Positions 51,529-61,683 of a stretch of 64,000 bases of DNA are shown piece by piece; position 1 is the first letter of the stretch; the number at the start of each line of letters is the position of its first letter. The position numbers were made by a program, and so were the translations under genes. Location: the NCBI GenBank assembly GCA_964106645.2, contig OZ067045.1; one strand, 5' to 3'. Under the pieces are notes generated by a model. That model had not been told where the DNA came from, ran no database searches, and worked only from the letters and a program-made list of their open reading frames with translations. The DNA is from Podarcis pityusensis (Eukaryota).

Positions 51529-52140
51529 GGCTTGGCACCACCTGATGGCGGGAACAGAAATAGGAGGAAGACGAGAGTTCAGTGAGTTAGCCCCATTAAT
51601 CGCTTTCTCGTGCTATATAGAGAACGGGTCTGTGCTTGTTCTGTGCCAACCATGGAATTCAGCTCATGATTTTAAAATCACAGTTCTTGTTCGTTTTGCT
51701 TGGAGAGTACACAGGTGAAACCTCAAAACCCAAACTGAGGCTCTGCAGGATCTCTAAAGCCACCTAAGCAAGCTTCAGTACAGAACTCTGTGTGCTGGTT
51801 GGCCTCTCCTTAGCAGCCAGGCAGTAAGAATCAAAAGGGGCTGAGCCCATGATCTATCATCTGCCCCAAAGAATCTGCACATGCCCAGAGGCCAACTGCT
51901 CAGCAACCAAACATTCTCACTTGGAAGGAGCAGCAGTAAAATAGTGAGAAAGCTGAATTTCTTCTCTTTCCCATAATGTATCTATGTATACTGTGTGTGC
52001 TTCAGTGTAAGTTGCTGCAAGACCTGTTTGGTGACAAGTAACTAGTAAGTTTAGTGCATAAATGAAAATAAATAAATGGCAGACCTGGTGCCAGGGCCAC
52101 TGAGAGAGGAACACTGTTATACTGGGTCCAGACTCTTGAG

Positions 52141-52182
<42 letters not shown>

Positions 52183-52389
52183 GTGTGTTTTTTAAATTGA
52201 ATTTAACACTTGTAGAAGGAAAGTGTGGAAGCAAAATGTGTGGGCATTTGAAGCAACTGCTATTTGAAGCAATTGCTTTGTGATATGAGCCTATTCCTGC
52301 CTATCTGTTTTTAGCCAATGAGTACAGTCACAGCTGTGACCCATAAGTGCTGTGGGCAAATACATACACAGAGAAGAACCCTCAAACTT

Positions 52390-52678
52390 GGAAGCCTTTA
52401 AGAAAAAGGATTGGGCAAATCGACAGAGAAGGCTGTTGATGCTTCTTAGCCATGATGGAGGCCAGGCTCTGCCTCCACAGCCTGAGGCAGAAGTGTTTCT
52501 TAACGCCAGCTGCTGGAAACAGCAGGAGGGTGTGTGTGCTGCTATTGCCCTCCGGTCCTGCTCTGGGGTTTTCCCATTGGGGGTATCTGTTTGGCCACTG
52601 TGAGATGAGGACACTGGGCTAGATTGGCCCCCTGTGTCTCAATCTAGCTGCAGCCGGGCTGTTCTGATGTTCTTCTGT
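52390..52678 (+). mobile_element. CR1 LINE 3' fragment
   Basis: Reverse-complement similarity to 18269-18520 (CAGCTGCTGGAAAC..CACTGGGCTAGATTGGCC..CTGTTCTGATGTTCTT). Confidence 0.7.
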
Positions 52679-52999
52679 AAAACAACTTCCAAGTGGCCCA
52701 AAGAGTCCCTCTCACCAAGGAGGTGGCCTTCTAGTGGGGAAGAGGGCCCGATCCACTCATGGGGCCTGCTGGGCCGCAGGAAATCATGTGGGCGCAGAAA
52801 GCAGGCAGACAGGCAGGAGAAGCAGACCCAGGGGCTCATGAGAGGGGTTCCCAGCATGAGCTGCCCTGGCATGGGTGTAGCCAAGGGGTCAGGTAGGGGC
52901 AGCTGCCCCCTTCAATAAAAATAAATAAAAATACATGGAGGGGGCAGAACCTCTGTTAGCTAACAAATGGCCATGCCCCCTAGGCCTGCTCCTGGCTGC

Positions 53000-53520
53000 C
53001 TAACTCTCGCTCTGTCTCGCTCTCCGGCCTTTCGCTCCGCGAGCAAAGCCAGGAAAGGGGAAAGGGCAGCTCGTGGCGGCTCCTGATCCGAATCGGGTCC
53101 CGTGCAGAGGAGGCGCGCACAGCGGAGTCTCCGCTCGCCTACCTGTCTTGGATCTCCCGCCTCCTCGCCCAGCGCAAAAGCAGAAGCACGCGTGCGCAAT
53201 CGACAGGCGGCTTAATCAGAGACTTCGCTCCTCATTCGCCGGTTCTAAGCCCAACCGGAAGAAAGTGGAGCAGCCCCATTGGCCATAATGGAAGAAAAGG
53301 CGGGGCTCGAGGTGGGGAAGCTGGCTTGTGATTGCTCCGTTGCTTCCGCCCGTAGCTGGTGCGCTCGGAGATTCGCTTTCCGCCCTGAAAGTGACGCGAA
53401 GAAGCCACCTAAAAGCTGGAGAGGTTGTAGTTTCGGCGGTGTTGATGGGCTCCTTTGCTCCAACTCAAAGCCGCCTTAACTCTCAACTAAGCATGCTCAG
53501 AATTGCCGGTATCCGGGTGT
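53000..53520 (-). promoter_or_regulatory. LSM10: LSM10 CpG-island promoter with non-coding exon 1 (donor at 53143)
   Basis: CpG-rich; donor CAG|GTAGGC at 53143|53142; ETS CCGGAAG near 53255; CCAAT near 53278; ZNF143-type ACTACAA at 53431-53425. Confidence 0.8.
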
Positions 53521-53759
53521 GATTTTACGAATCACAGTAACATCAGGCTGCAATCAAGTATTTTGGAGCAACCCTTGTTGAGCAGGGTAATGCTTCCTGC
53601 CCGGTAAACATGGATAAGATTTAGTTAACTACACATGACGAGCTGTGTGTTTTTATACACACATTAATGGTAGTAATGGATTTATAGTTAGCTTATAATA
53701 AAAGTAGAACTATCTTCTCTATTAAGCAGCTTTTGTTCTGTGCAAATAGGCTAGATCTA

Positions 53760-53910
53760 GTTCACCAGAAGCGGTTTAGTCATGCTGGCCACATGACCCG
53801 GAAGCTGTCTGCGGACAAATGCCGGCTCCCTTAGCCTATAGAGCGAGATGAGCATGCAACCCCTGAGTTGTTCGCGACTGGACCTAACGGTCAGAGGTAC
53901 CTCTACCTTA
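53760..53910 (+). mobile_element. Sauria SINE / BovB 3' tail
   Basis: CCAGAAGCGG.TTAGTCATGCTGGCCACATGACCCGGAAGCTG is shared with 8948-8990. Confidence 0.85.
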
Positions 53911-53949
53911 GTTAGAGTCTATTTGCGAGTCCTATGCAAACTCACTTAA

Positions 53950-54737
53950 TATGAATGCATCAGCTCCACAGAGACTCATCAACCATTTTACCAAACTTGC
54001 AGGCAGTTCCATCAGCCTGATGACGAACATCCTGGGTCAGGACATCGCCAGCACTCCATGCATTAGCACTGGTGATCACACGCTTGAGATGGTAGACTGT
54101 TTTGTCTATCTGGATTTCACCATAACCAGCAGCCTCCATGAATGCTGAGCTGGACAAGCATACTGGCAATACAGCTACGACAATGTGATGCTAACATCCC
54201 ATACCAAGATAAAGGTCTATCATACTTGTGTGTTGAGCAAGCTGCTTATGGAAGTGAGTCATGGGCAACTTAGAATTGTCAGGAGCGACTTCTCAACGCC
54301 TTTCATGTGTGCTGTGTCAGGAAGCTTTTGGGTATCATCAGGGACGTGCTCTATGGGGAAATGGCTTCAGGCACCAGGCCTGTTGGCCAACCAACTCTGT
54401 GTTACAAAAGATGTCTGCAAACGTAACATGAAGGCTGGCAGCATTAACCCCACCTTGCAGAACACTGGAGTGCCTGGAGATAGACAGTCAGGTTGTGTAT
54501 CCATAGCAGTGACCAGAGGAGGAAAGACCACTGGGAAGAGTGTAGAGAGAAGAAACGCCATAGTGTATCTGCACCAGCACCACCAGATGCCTTCATCTGA
54601 CCCAGCTGCAACAAAATGACTCTCTTGTATTAGTCTCAACAGCCACGGCAGGTGCTGCAACCATCCAATAGATTAGCTTGACCCCCAAAGGCACACTCCT
54701 TCACTGTCTCCTGAGACAGATGGATGCCAACAACAAT
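53950..54737 (+). mobile_element. RTE-clade LINE 3' fragment
   Basis: QRLINHF..ISLMTNILGQD..ISTGDHTLEMVDCFVYLDFTITS..AELDKHTG..TKIKVYHTCVLSKLL is an RTE RT C-terminus; ends GAGACAGATGGATGCCAACAACAA. Confidence 0.85.
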
Positions 54738-55208
54738 ACTTAAACCATGCTGTCCCACAATCAGAATTGTTAAGGTTTTTGCCAATAGGGCTGCTGTGCC
54801 TTTAACAGCTGCAAAAGCAGCAGAAATTCATCAGTGGGAGAGGCATCTAGGGCAGCCTTCACAAACCTGGTGCCCTTCAGATGCTGTTGGACTACAACTT
54901 CCACCAGCCCCAGTTGTAGTATGGCAACACCTGGAGGGCACCAGGCTGATATAGGGAAATAAACAGTGGCAACTCTAGTAAGAGTGTTTTTTCTCTCCTC
55001 TGTCAATGTATGTCTACGGGGATTTTCAGAGCTTGCAATCCTCTGCACACTTACTGGGAGGAAACCCTACTGAACAGAGGGGGATTTGCTTATGAGTAAA
55101 CTTCTGGACTTGGCATGTGAGGCGGTGGGTTATCACAGGACAGGTGGGGTGGAGAGAGCCTTAAAAGGTAAGTGATAAAAAAGGCAAAAGGACATCTTGT
55201 TTCTGGTC

Positions 55209-55214
55209 TTTATT
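55209..55214 (-). terminator. OSCP1: OSCP1 polyadenylation signal
   Basis: AATAAA about 420 nt after the stop codon. Confidence 0.65.
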
Positions 55215-55630
55215 GCTGCAACTAAAAAGACCTTGGTTGCAACACCATTAAAAACTTGGTCCCCATAAACAAAATGAAGGAACTGGTCTTTCTGCTCATG
55301 TTATAACACACTCACAAACTTAACTAGTGATATAACACAGTTTGGACCTTTAATTAGGAAGCCTATAGAGGGAATCTGTGTATGCACACAGGACATAAGT
55401 GCCCACTTTCTTTCCAGATGCTCCAGCTTCTAACTCTGGGAGGCACAATCTAGGTCCTTATTAGCACAGGGATGAAGCTGCTATTTGACCATGACCCCAT
55501 TTCACCAAAGCCAGAGACAGAATTGGTCAAACACATCTAAGCAACATCCAGCCTTAGTGACCCAACAAAAATGGATGACCTTGGTAATTGCTCTGTTCTA
55601 CAGGAGGCTGACAGCCAGGTGCTCTCCTCC

Positions 55631-55780
55631 TCAAGATGGGAGAGACTTGCATTCATGCTCAGCATCCAGCTCATCCATCATTGCCAACAAGTCAGCACCC
55701 TTGCTGATCCTCTCCTTCGGTTCTTCTGCGACCTCGAACTCTCCCATGATGCGAGCCAGCTCCTCATTCCGTTGAGGGTC
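55631..55780 (-). CDS. OSCP1: OSCP1 last coding exon
   Basis: 150 nt, DPQRNEELARIMGEFEVAEEPKERISKGADLLAMMDELDAEHECKSLPS*. Confidence 0.94.
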   Translation of the reverse strand, partial: DPQRNEELARIMGEFEVAEEPKERISKGADLLAMMDELDAEHECKSLPS

Positions 55781-56665
55781 CTATTTAAAAGAGTCCAATT
55801 GGTTCTACTTATGGGAGAACATAAATCATAAATTTGACAATTCAATACTTTATTTTCAGTAACCAGCTTTAAAAAATCAATTTAACCTCAGTTGCCAGAA
55901 GCAACAAAACACCATAGTTTTGATTTTAAGAGCATCAAAATGTTCCTCTGAAAATCAAAAGGAGCTTTGACTGCTGTGAGGGCAGCAAAAAGCATTCTTG
56001 GTTCTCAAACACCAAGCTCCAAGTACATAACACACACCTCATATGAAACTCACTACCCACAAGATGTGGCAATGGCTACTGGTCAAGTTGGTTTCAAGGG
56101 GACTAGTCAGTTTTTATGATTATCAATAATAAATATTAAAAGCAAAAAGAAGGAAACTAGACAAATTCATCAAAAAGCGCAAGTTATCACTGGCTCTATG
56201 GAACTTCTGTTTTCAAAGGCAGCACACCATCTAAGATGCAGGGAACAAATATCACTGGAGTGCTTTTGTTCTGCCAGGTTCTGACCAGACACTGTTCGAA
56301 ACAGTATGCTAGTATACAGAGGCTCATGTTCAGATTCAGCACGGTTTTTCTCAATTATGTTCACAGAATGTGGTGGCTTCTCTCCCCCACACTCCCCATG
56401 TGTTATCTTCTTTTCATCTTTTATGCAGGCTGATCAGGCAGAAGAGAGATTCTGCCGTGCAGTCAAGAGTTCTGTGAAACTCAAATGCTTGCATGCCCAA
56501 CTAAAATTACCCCTCCCCAAGTTCCTTACCTATTTTGTTATTTTCTGGAAGTAACATAGCAGCAAACATCAATAACAATACACTTCACCAAATGCACATT
56601 CCTTTAGTTTGAAAACTATTCAGCTTACTCTCGAAATGAGAGGCTAGGGGGCAATGACTGCATAC

Positions 56666-56729
56666 CTTGTCTGCTTGTATGTTGATAACTTGATACAATA
56701 ATTCCTCTGGGCGGGTCAGTGCAGCATGT
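56666..56729 (-). CDS. OSCP1: OSCP1 exon 9
   Basis: 64 nt, HAALTRPEELLYQVINIQADK. Confidence 0.93.
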
Positions 56730-57173
56730 CTTGAGGAAAATAATAAAGAGCTGTCACAGAATTGTAGAGTTGGAAGGTGAGATGAGAGTCATCTAGTCCA
56801 ACCCCCTGTGATGAAGGAATCTCAACTAAACCAGCCATGATTAAATGCTATTCATTTGCAGACAGAATGCTACAAATGCAATCTGTTTGGTAAGCTGTAA
56901 TGCCTCTAGCAGCTTTTCACATATCTCACTTGTTTGAATTTTTAATGAATAGCAATTCCCTGACAATTGCTCCCCATTGCTGCATCTGATGAGCCTTTTC
57001 TGCAATAATGGTACTAATTAAAGAAGGTTCTGCAGCAAAGGTTCCCAAAAGGAAGGGGGGGTGTCATGCAAGGGCTTCAGTACGTGCCTCTCACCCACGG
57101 ATTGATTCAACTAGATGGCTGAACGGCCAGCTCTCACCCACACCACCAATAAAGCAAGTGAGACTAATCATAC

Positions 57174-57313
57174 TCTTCCTCCTCATCTGTGGTGAAGAGA
57201 TTCAGCCGGAAACCAGCCTCGTTGCCAAGGGGCTTCTTGATGTCCAGGCTTCCCATGAGTCTGGCCAAGAAGTTCAGCTCTTCTTTTGCGAGAGGGTTTG
57301 GAGCAGTATTCTC
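57174..57313 (-). CDS. OSCP1: OSCP1 exon 8
   Basis: 140 nt, ENTAPNPLAKEELNFLARLMGSLDIKKPLGNEAGFRLNLFTTDEEE(E). Confidence 0.95.
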
Positions 57314-58296
57314 CTACATGGAACAAGAGTGGGTCTGTTACACGGAGAGGCAACCAATGGCAGTATTGGAAGAGCTTTGTTCACAAGGGTTGTGGCCTCC
57401 TAGCACTATAAAGGTGCAACAAAGCGGTCTGCTGGGGCTCTGGCATCTTGGTTGAAAGCAGCTTTGCAACTGACATTTTTGAAATTGGGACATAAAAGAG
57501 CATACTGTATATGGTTGTAGCAGAGTATGTTCTGGCATGGAAATTAATGTGCCTGAGATAGGCATGATTGTTGATTTCAATGAGCCTTCTTTGAGTATGA
57601 TTAGCATTGGATACAACTTATGCACATATCATAAAAAACGTCTAGCATAATCTATAAAGCCAGCTCATTGCTCCGGAGGTTATCAGTTATCTCCACAGAA
57701 TTAATGGCAGCAACATGCAACTTACAGAATATGAATTACTGGGAGTTATTTTGGTGTGAAACTCATAATTAAGTGGACATCTAAATCTCTCTCTCTCGCT
57801 CTGGAGATCACTGGGATGAGATGTTTATGTGTGGCCTTGGCTCAAAGTACTCTCTGTCCCCAATAGTCTCTCAGCCCTCAATGCTCTTAAGAAAAAACCA
57901 ACACTGGCTTATAGAAGTTGCATTCAGCAACAGATCAAAAGAAAAGAAACTGATCAAAAGAGAAGACCAGAAAAAAACAAACTACAAGTTGAAAAGATAT
58001 GATTAAGGATGCTCTGTCTGAGCAAAATGGCATCTAGAGAGAAGGACTGATTATATTACTAAAGGATACAGGATCCTAATCTGAAACAGAAAACATTTAG
58101 GTAGCAAAGTGGTTTTCTGAACAGCACTACTTAAGAGCAGCCCTCTCCAACATGGCATCCTCCAGATATTTTGGACTACAAATCTCACAGCCCCTAATCA
58201 CTGGCTGTTTGCAGCTGTTGGGAATTGTAATCCAAGAACATCTGGAGGCACCAAATTGGGAAAGGTTGATTAGGAAGGTAGACTAAAGATACTGAC

Positions 58297-58366
58297 CTTT
58301 ACACGAGATGCCAAATTTTTGGCTGCCCCCGACATGTCTGTCTCTACAGGCCGACTGATGCTGTAT
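58297..58366 (-). CDS. OSCP1: OSCP1 exon 7
   Basis: 70 nt, YSISRPVETDMSGAAKNLASRVK; preceded by a 91-nt intron. Confidence 0.93.
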
Positions 58367-58457
58367 CTAGAGGCAATTGGTAAAGGCTTATAGTAGACAC
58401 AAAGGAAAACTGCAGAGAGCCCCCAACTAAAATGTGGCTTTGCATTCCATGGCTTAC

Positions 58458-58586
58458 ATGTTTGTTCCCAATTTGATTACTCTGTCTCCGTAGAGGTCGA
58501 ATGAGCCTTCTCGATATGGAAGCTGGTAATTTCCACCACTGACGAACTCAGTCCTCTTAATTTCATCCCCTTTACTGTTGAAAAGT
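58458..58586 (-). CDS. OSCP1: OSCP1 exon 6
   Basis: 129 nt, LFNSKGDEIKRTEFVSGGNYQLPYREGSFDLYGDRVIKLGTN(I). Confidence 0.95.
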
Positions 58587-58886
58587 CTGAAAATTGCAAA
58601 ATTGAAGCACTGTAGTGACTTCTAGTGCTTTTGTGAACAAGGAAAAATAACCCTCTATCTCACAGAACAGATGGGAGAGTTAATAAAGGGCAATTTGCTG
58701 GCCTAAGGCAGTGCACATACACTCTTTCCTCTACTCCCAGCAGGTTTGTCTCAGTCAGATGACCCATGCAGCCTGGCACTAGGAATTCTCCTTAAGATTG
58801 GGATAGATGGTTAACTAGGTGCAGCTCATCTATCTAGTGGCTACATGGAAAAAGCAGGGTGCAAGGTAGAGAGGTCTAAGATTCAC

Positions 58887-58990
58887 CTGATGAGCCCTGG
58901 AACCTCTGTTCCCCAAGGAACTGGACCTGAGGTTGGCAGTACAAAATGCCCATTTGAGTTCTGTACTTTATCTTTGAGGAGGATGGAAAC
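58887..58990 (-). CDS. OSCP1: OSCP1 exon 5
   Basis: 104 nt, VSILLKDKVQNSNGHFVLPTSGPVPWGTEVPGLI(R). Confidence 0.95.
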
Positions 58991-59147
58991 CTGTGGAGGA
59001 AGCACAAAACTTTGTAAAGTGGTCTTGCTTAGAAAGAATTTCTGCCCAAGACCTCCTTATTCCTGTATCACATCATGCAACTTCACCCAGGGATCCTTGC
59101 TCTTCTATCACAAGCTCCTGATGTGTAAAAATGAAAAAGCCACCCAC

Positions 59148-59228
59148 CCTGATGTGTATGTCCTGGAAGAAGATGAGCAATGTCTGCCGGATGAGCTGAA
59201 GTTCGCCAGCAGAGAGAGAGCCGTATGT
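59148..59228 (-). CDS. OSCP1: OSCP1 exon 4
   Basis: 81 nt, TYGSLSAGELQLIRQTLLIFFQDIHIR. Confidence 0.95.
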
Positions 59229-59787
59229 CTGCGGAAGAAAATCAGAATAAATCCTTGCTGCTGCTTTAGCATTATTCAAGTGTATGATTCACATGGATGT
59301 TTAAGTGCATCCTCATAGCTGTGGGCAGAAAATTATTTCCATTTTGGTGACAGGCAACTGAGAAAGAGCAACTTGCCCTGAGGACACCCCAGTGGTTATT
59401 TAGTTGCTGCTGGGATTTTAAACCAGGTCTCCCAGATTCAAGTAAACTTAAATAGAAATCTAACCCCCAGTAAAACATGCTTCTTTTATGAAATCACGAA
59501 TCCATTTCAAAACTTTTGTTACTTTTTGAATATTATTAATATCAGTACTGCAACACTGATATAACCCTGGTAACGAGACATGCTTGCATTGTATTTTACT
59601 CAGTTGTCTTATTTCTGTTTTCACTGGTGAAATCTCCAGACTTACAGTGCAGCAGCTTGAAGGGAGAGCACACTACACAGTAGAAAACCAATGAGGGCAT
59701 GCTCCAATATGTTTTGCCTTCGTATCATTTCCCCCCATAGTTGTACATACATTTGAATGGAATCTAAAAGGTATGGTGTGCTCTTAC

Positions 59788-59955
59788 ATCAATGAGTTTC
59801 CTAAAGGTTGCATCAACCTGGGCCAGAGTTTTGGGTGCTTCATAAATGAAATCTTTGATAGCATCCAGGTGGTTGAAAGTGATGAGTAAAATGTCTTTGG
59901 GCCGAGGGCAGAGTAGAACTTGGTACTTGAATGCCATGGTCATTAGATCGTAGAG
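59788..59955 (-). CDS. OSCP1: OSCP1 exon 3
   Basis: 168 nt, LYDLMTMAFKYQVLLCPRPKDILLITFNHLDAIKDFIYEAPKTLAQVDATFRKLID. Confidence 0.95.
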
Positions 59956-60318
59956 CTACAAAGTAAGGAAACTGGAATTAGTTAAATCACAGAGCCCAGG
60001 CTGAGCCTTATTAGATATTAATCAGCTGTTTTCTTGTGCAGTTGGTTGGATTTTATTCTGTGAGCCATTCTAATAGGAGTCTGTGCTTGGTTAGACCTGT
60101 CTTGATCTTGCTCTAGTTGTCACTGCAGTTTCTTCGCCTTCAGCTCCCTTGTGTACCTAAGCTGCCATTCTCTCGATTCAGCTATCACTTTCCTTTATCC
60201 CTCAATTTTTCCTGAATGTTAGTGTGAGAATACTAGTTTCATTTGACAGCACTTGTTGATAGAGAGTTACCTGAATTCCCCATAAGACATTGGGGGAAAC
60301 AGAAAGGTTCATCCTCAC

Positions 60319-60473
60319 CTTATCCATACTGGGTGCATTCAGTCTCATGATTGAGGCATGAACCAGACGCTCAAAAACTGTCCTCAGGGCCTTCCTGGAA
60401 TAGAGCTCCTGCGGCTTAAACAGCTCGTCCATAAACTTTTTATTGAATATACCCCCTATGATGTCATTCATAA
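60319..60473 (-). CDS. OSCP1: OSCP1 exon 2 (exon 1 lies outside the window)
   Basis: 155 nt, (V)MNDIIGGIFNKKFMDELFKPQELYSRKALRTVFERLVHASIMRLNAPSMDK. Confidence 0.95.
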
Positions 60474-61544
60474 CTGAAAAGACAAAAGATTCAAATTTAT
60501 CACAAATGGATCGGCTTTGCTTTTGTTTCACAGGAAGACACAGACAGTTATAGCTGAGGAGGGACTTGCAAAGGCCACTCTCCACTGAAACACACCATGC
60601 CCCACAAATGTCTTCTGTGCAAGGCTGTGATCCTCTCCAAATCCCCTTCAGTTCAAGGAAACTTGCACAGAAGCCATTCCCAGCCTTTGTCAGCAGTGCT
60701 GGTAAAGATACAGGATCTGGAAACGTTTCCTTTTCTTAGTAATGAGACACGGTTGCCCTCATTGAAACTACTGTTTCCAAATTCAATAAATTCCAAGAGT
60801 AGAACAGCAGATTATGGTAATCTGAAACAATTCGTCTTCTTTTGCATTTGCAAACTGCATCCATTCTTTTTCTTCTGCAAACATTTTATAGAGGCTCCCG
60901 AATCCATGGTAAGTAAATTGTGGTAGAAGAGAATCACAACACCCTGTCCCTCATTGTTTAATCATTTGCAGTTGGGCTGATAACCACAACCAAATACTGA
61001 GAAGTACATAAAATGATTGAAACAATATTCAGATGTAGTGGTCAGGGTTACTATTGCCAGAGGTACTACACCAGTAATACTCAAGCACTAGATGTTATTT
61101 CTTTTACATTCAATACCCAGTAGCGTGCAAGCAGAGTTGGCTACAAAGAATCTCTCATGTACCATAGTAGGTATCCCTACTGCTAAGAAAATGATATTTG
61201 GCCATGTAGATGAGCCAAGTTTTGAACACTGGAGAGAATCACTGTAAAAACCAGTCTTAGAAATGACTGTGTACCTGTGTGCAGAGAAAGGGTTAAAATA
61301 TTTCACCAAAATGTCAAAATTCTCCATTTATCAACACCAGATCTTAGGTGCCTGGGATCTTCCTAGTCAAGCTAAAAGTAAATACAGTTTCCTGTATGGG
61401 TCCTAGCTGCTACAGAAACCATATTCATGTGGATACCAATAAAGTCTGAGTTTAAAAGGTTTCAATCCTGATCTGTTCCCCAGTGCTGTCCCTTCCTCAC
61501 ATGCCCTGGTTGAAGTGGACAAAGGCAAACTCTCCTGGTTGCCT

Positions 61545-61683
61545 ATGCCTTCACTGGAAGTTTTTAAACAGAGGTTGGATGGGCCATCTGCCTGGGACTT
61601 TTAGCAGTGATTCCTGCATTGAAGGGGGCTGGACTAAATGACCCTTGGGGTCCTTTCCAACTCTACAATTCTGAGATTCTATG
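61545..61683 (+). mobile_element. CR1 LINE 3' tail
   Basis: Closely similar to 10828-10972. Confidence 0.85.

Noticed and set aside
51082-51718. Long plus-strand ORFs (167 and 141 aa) over LSM10
   Set aside because: Antisense shadows of a GC3-rich coding exon, with no independent support.
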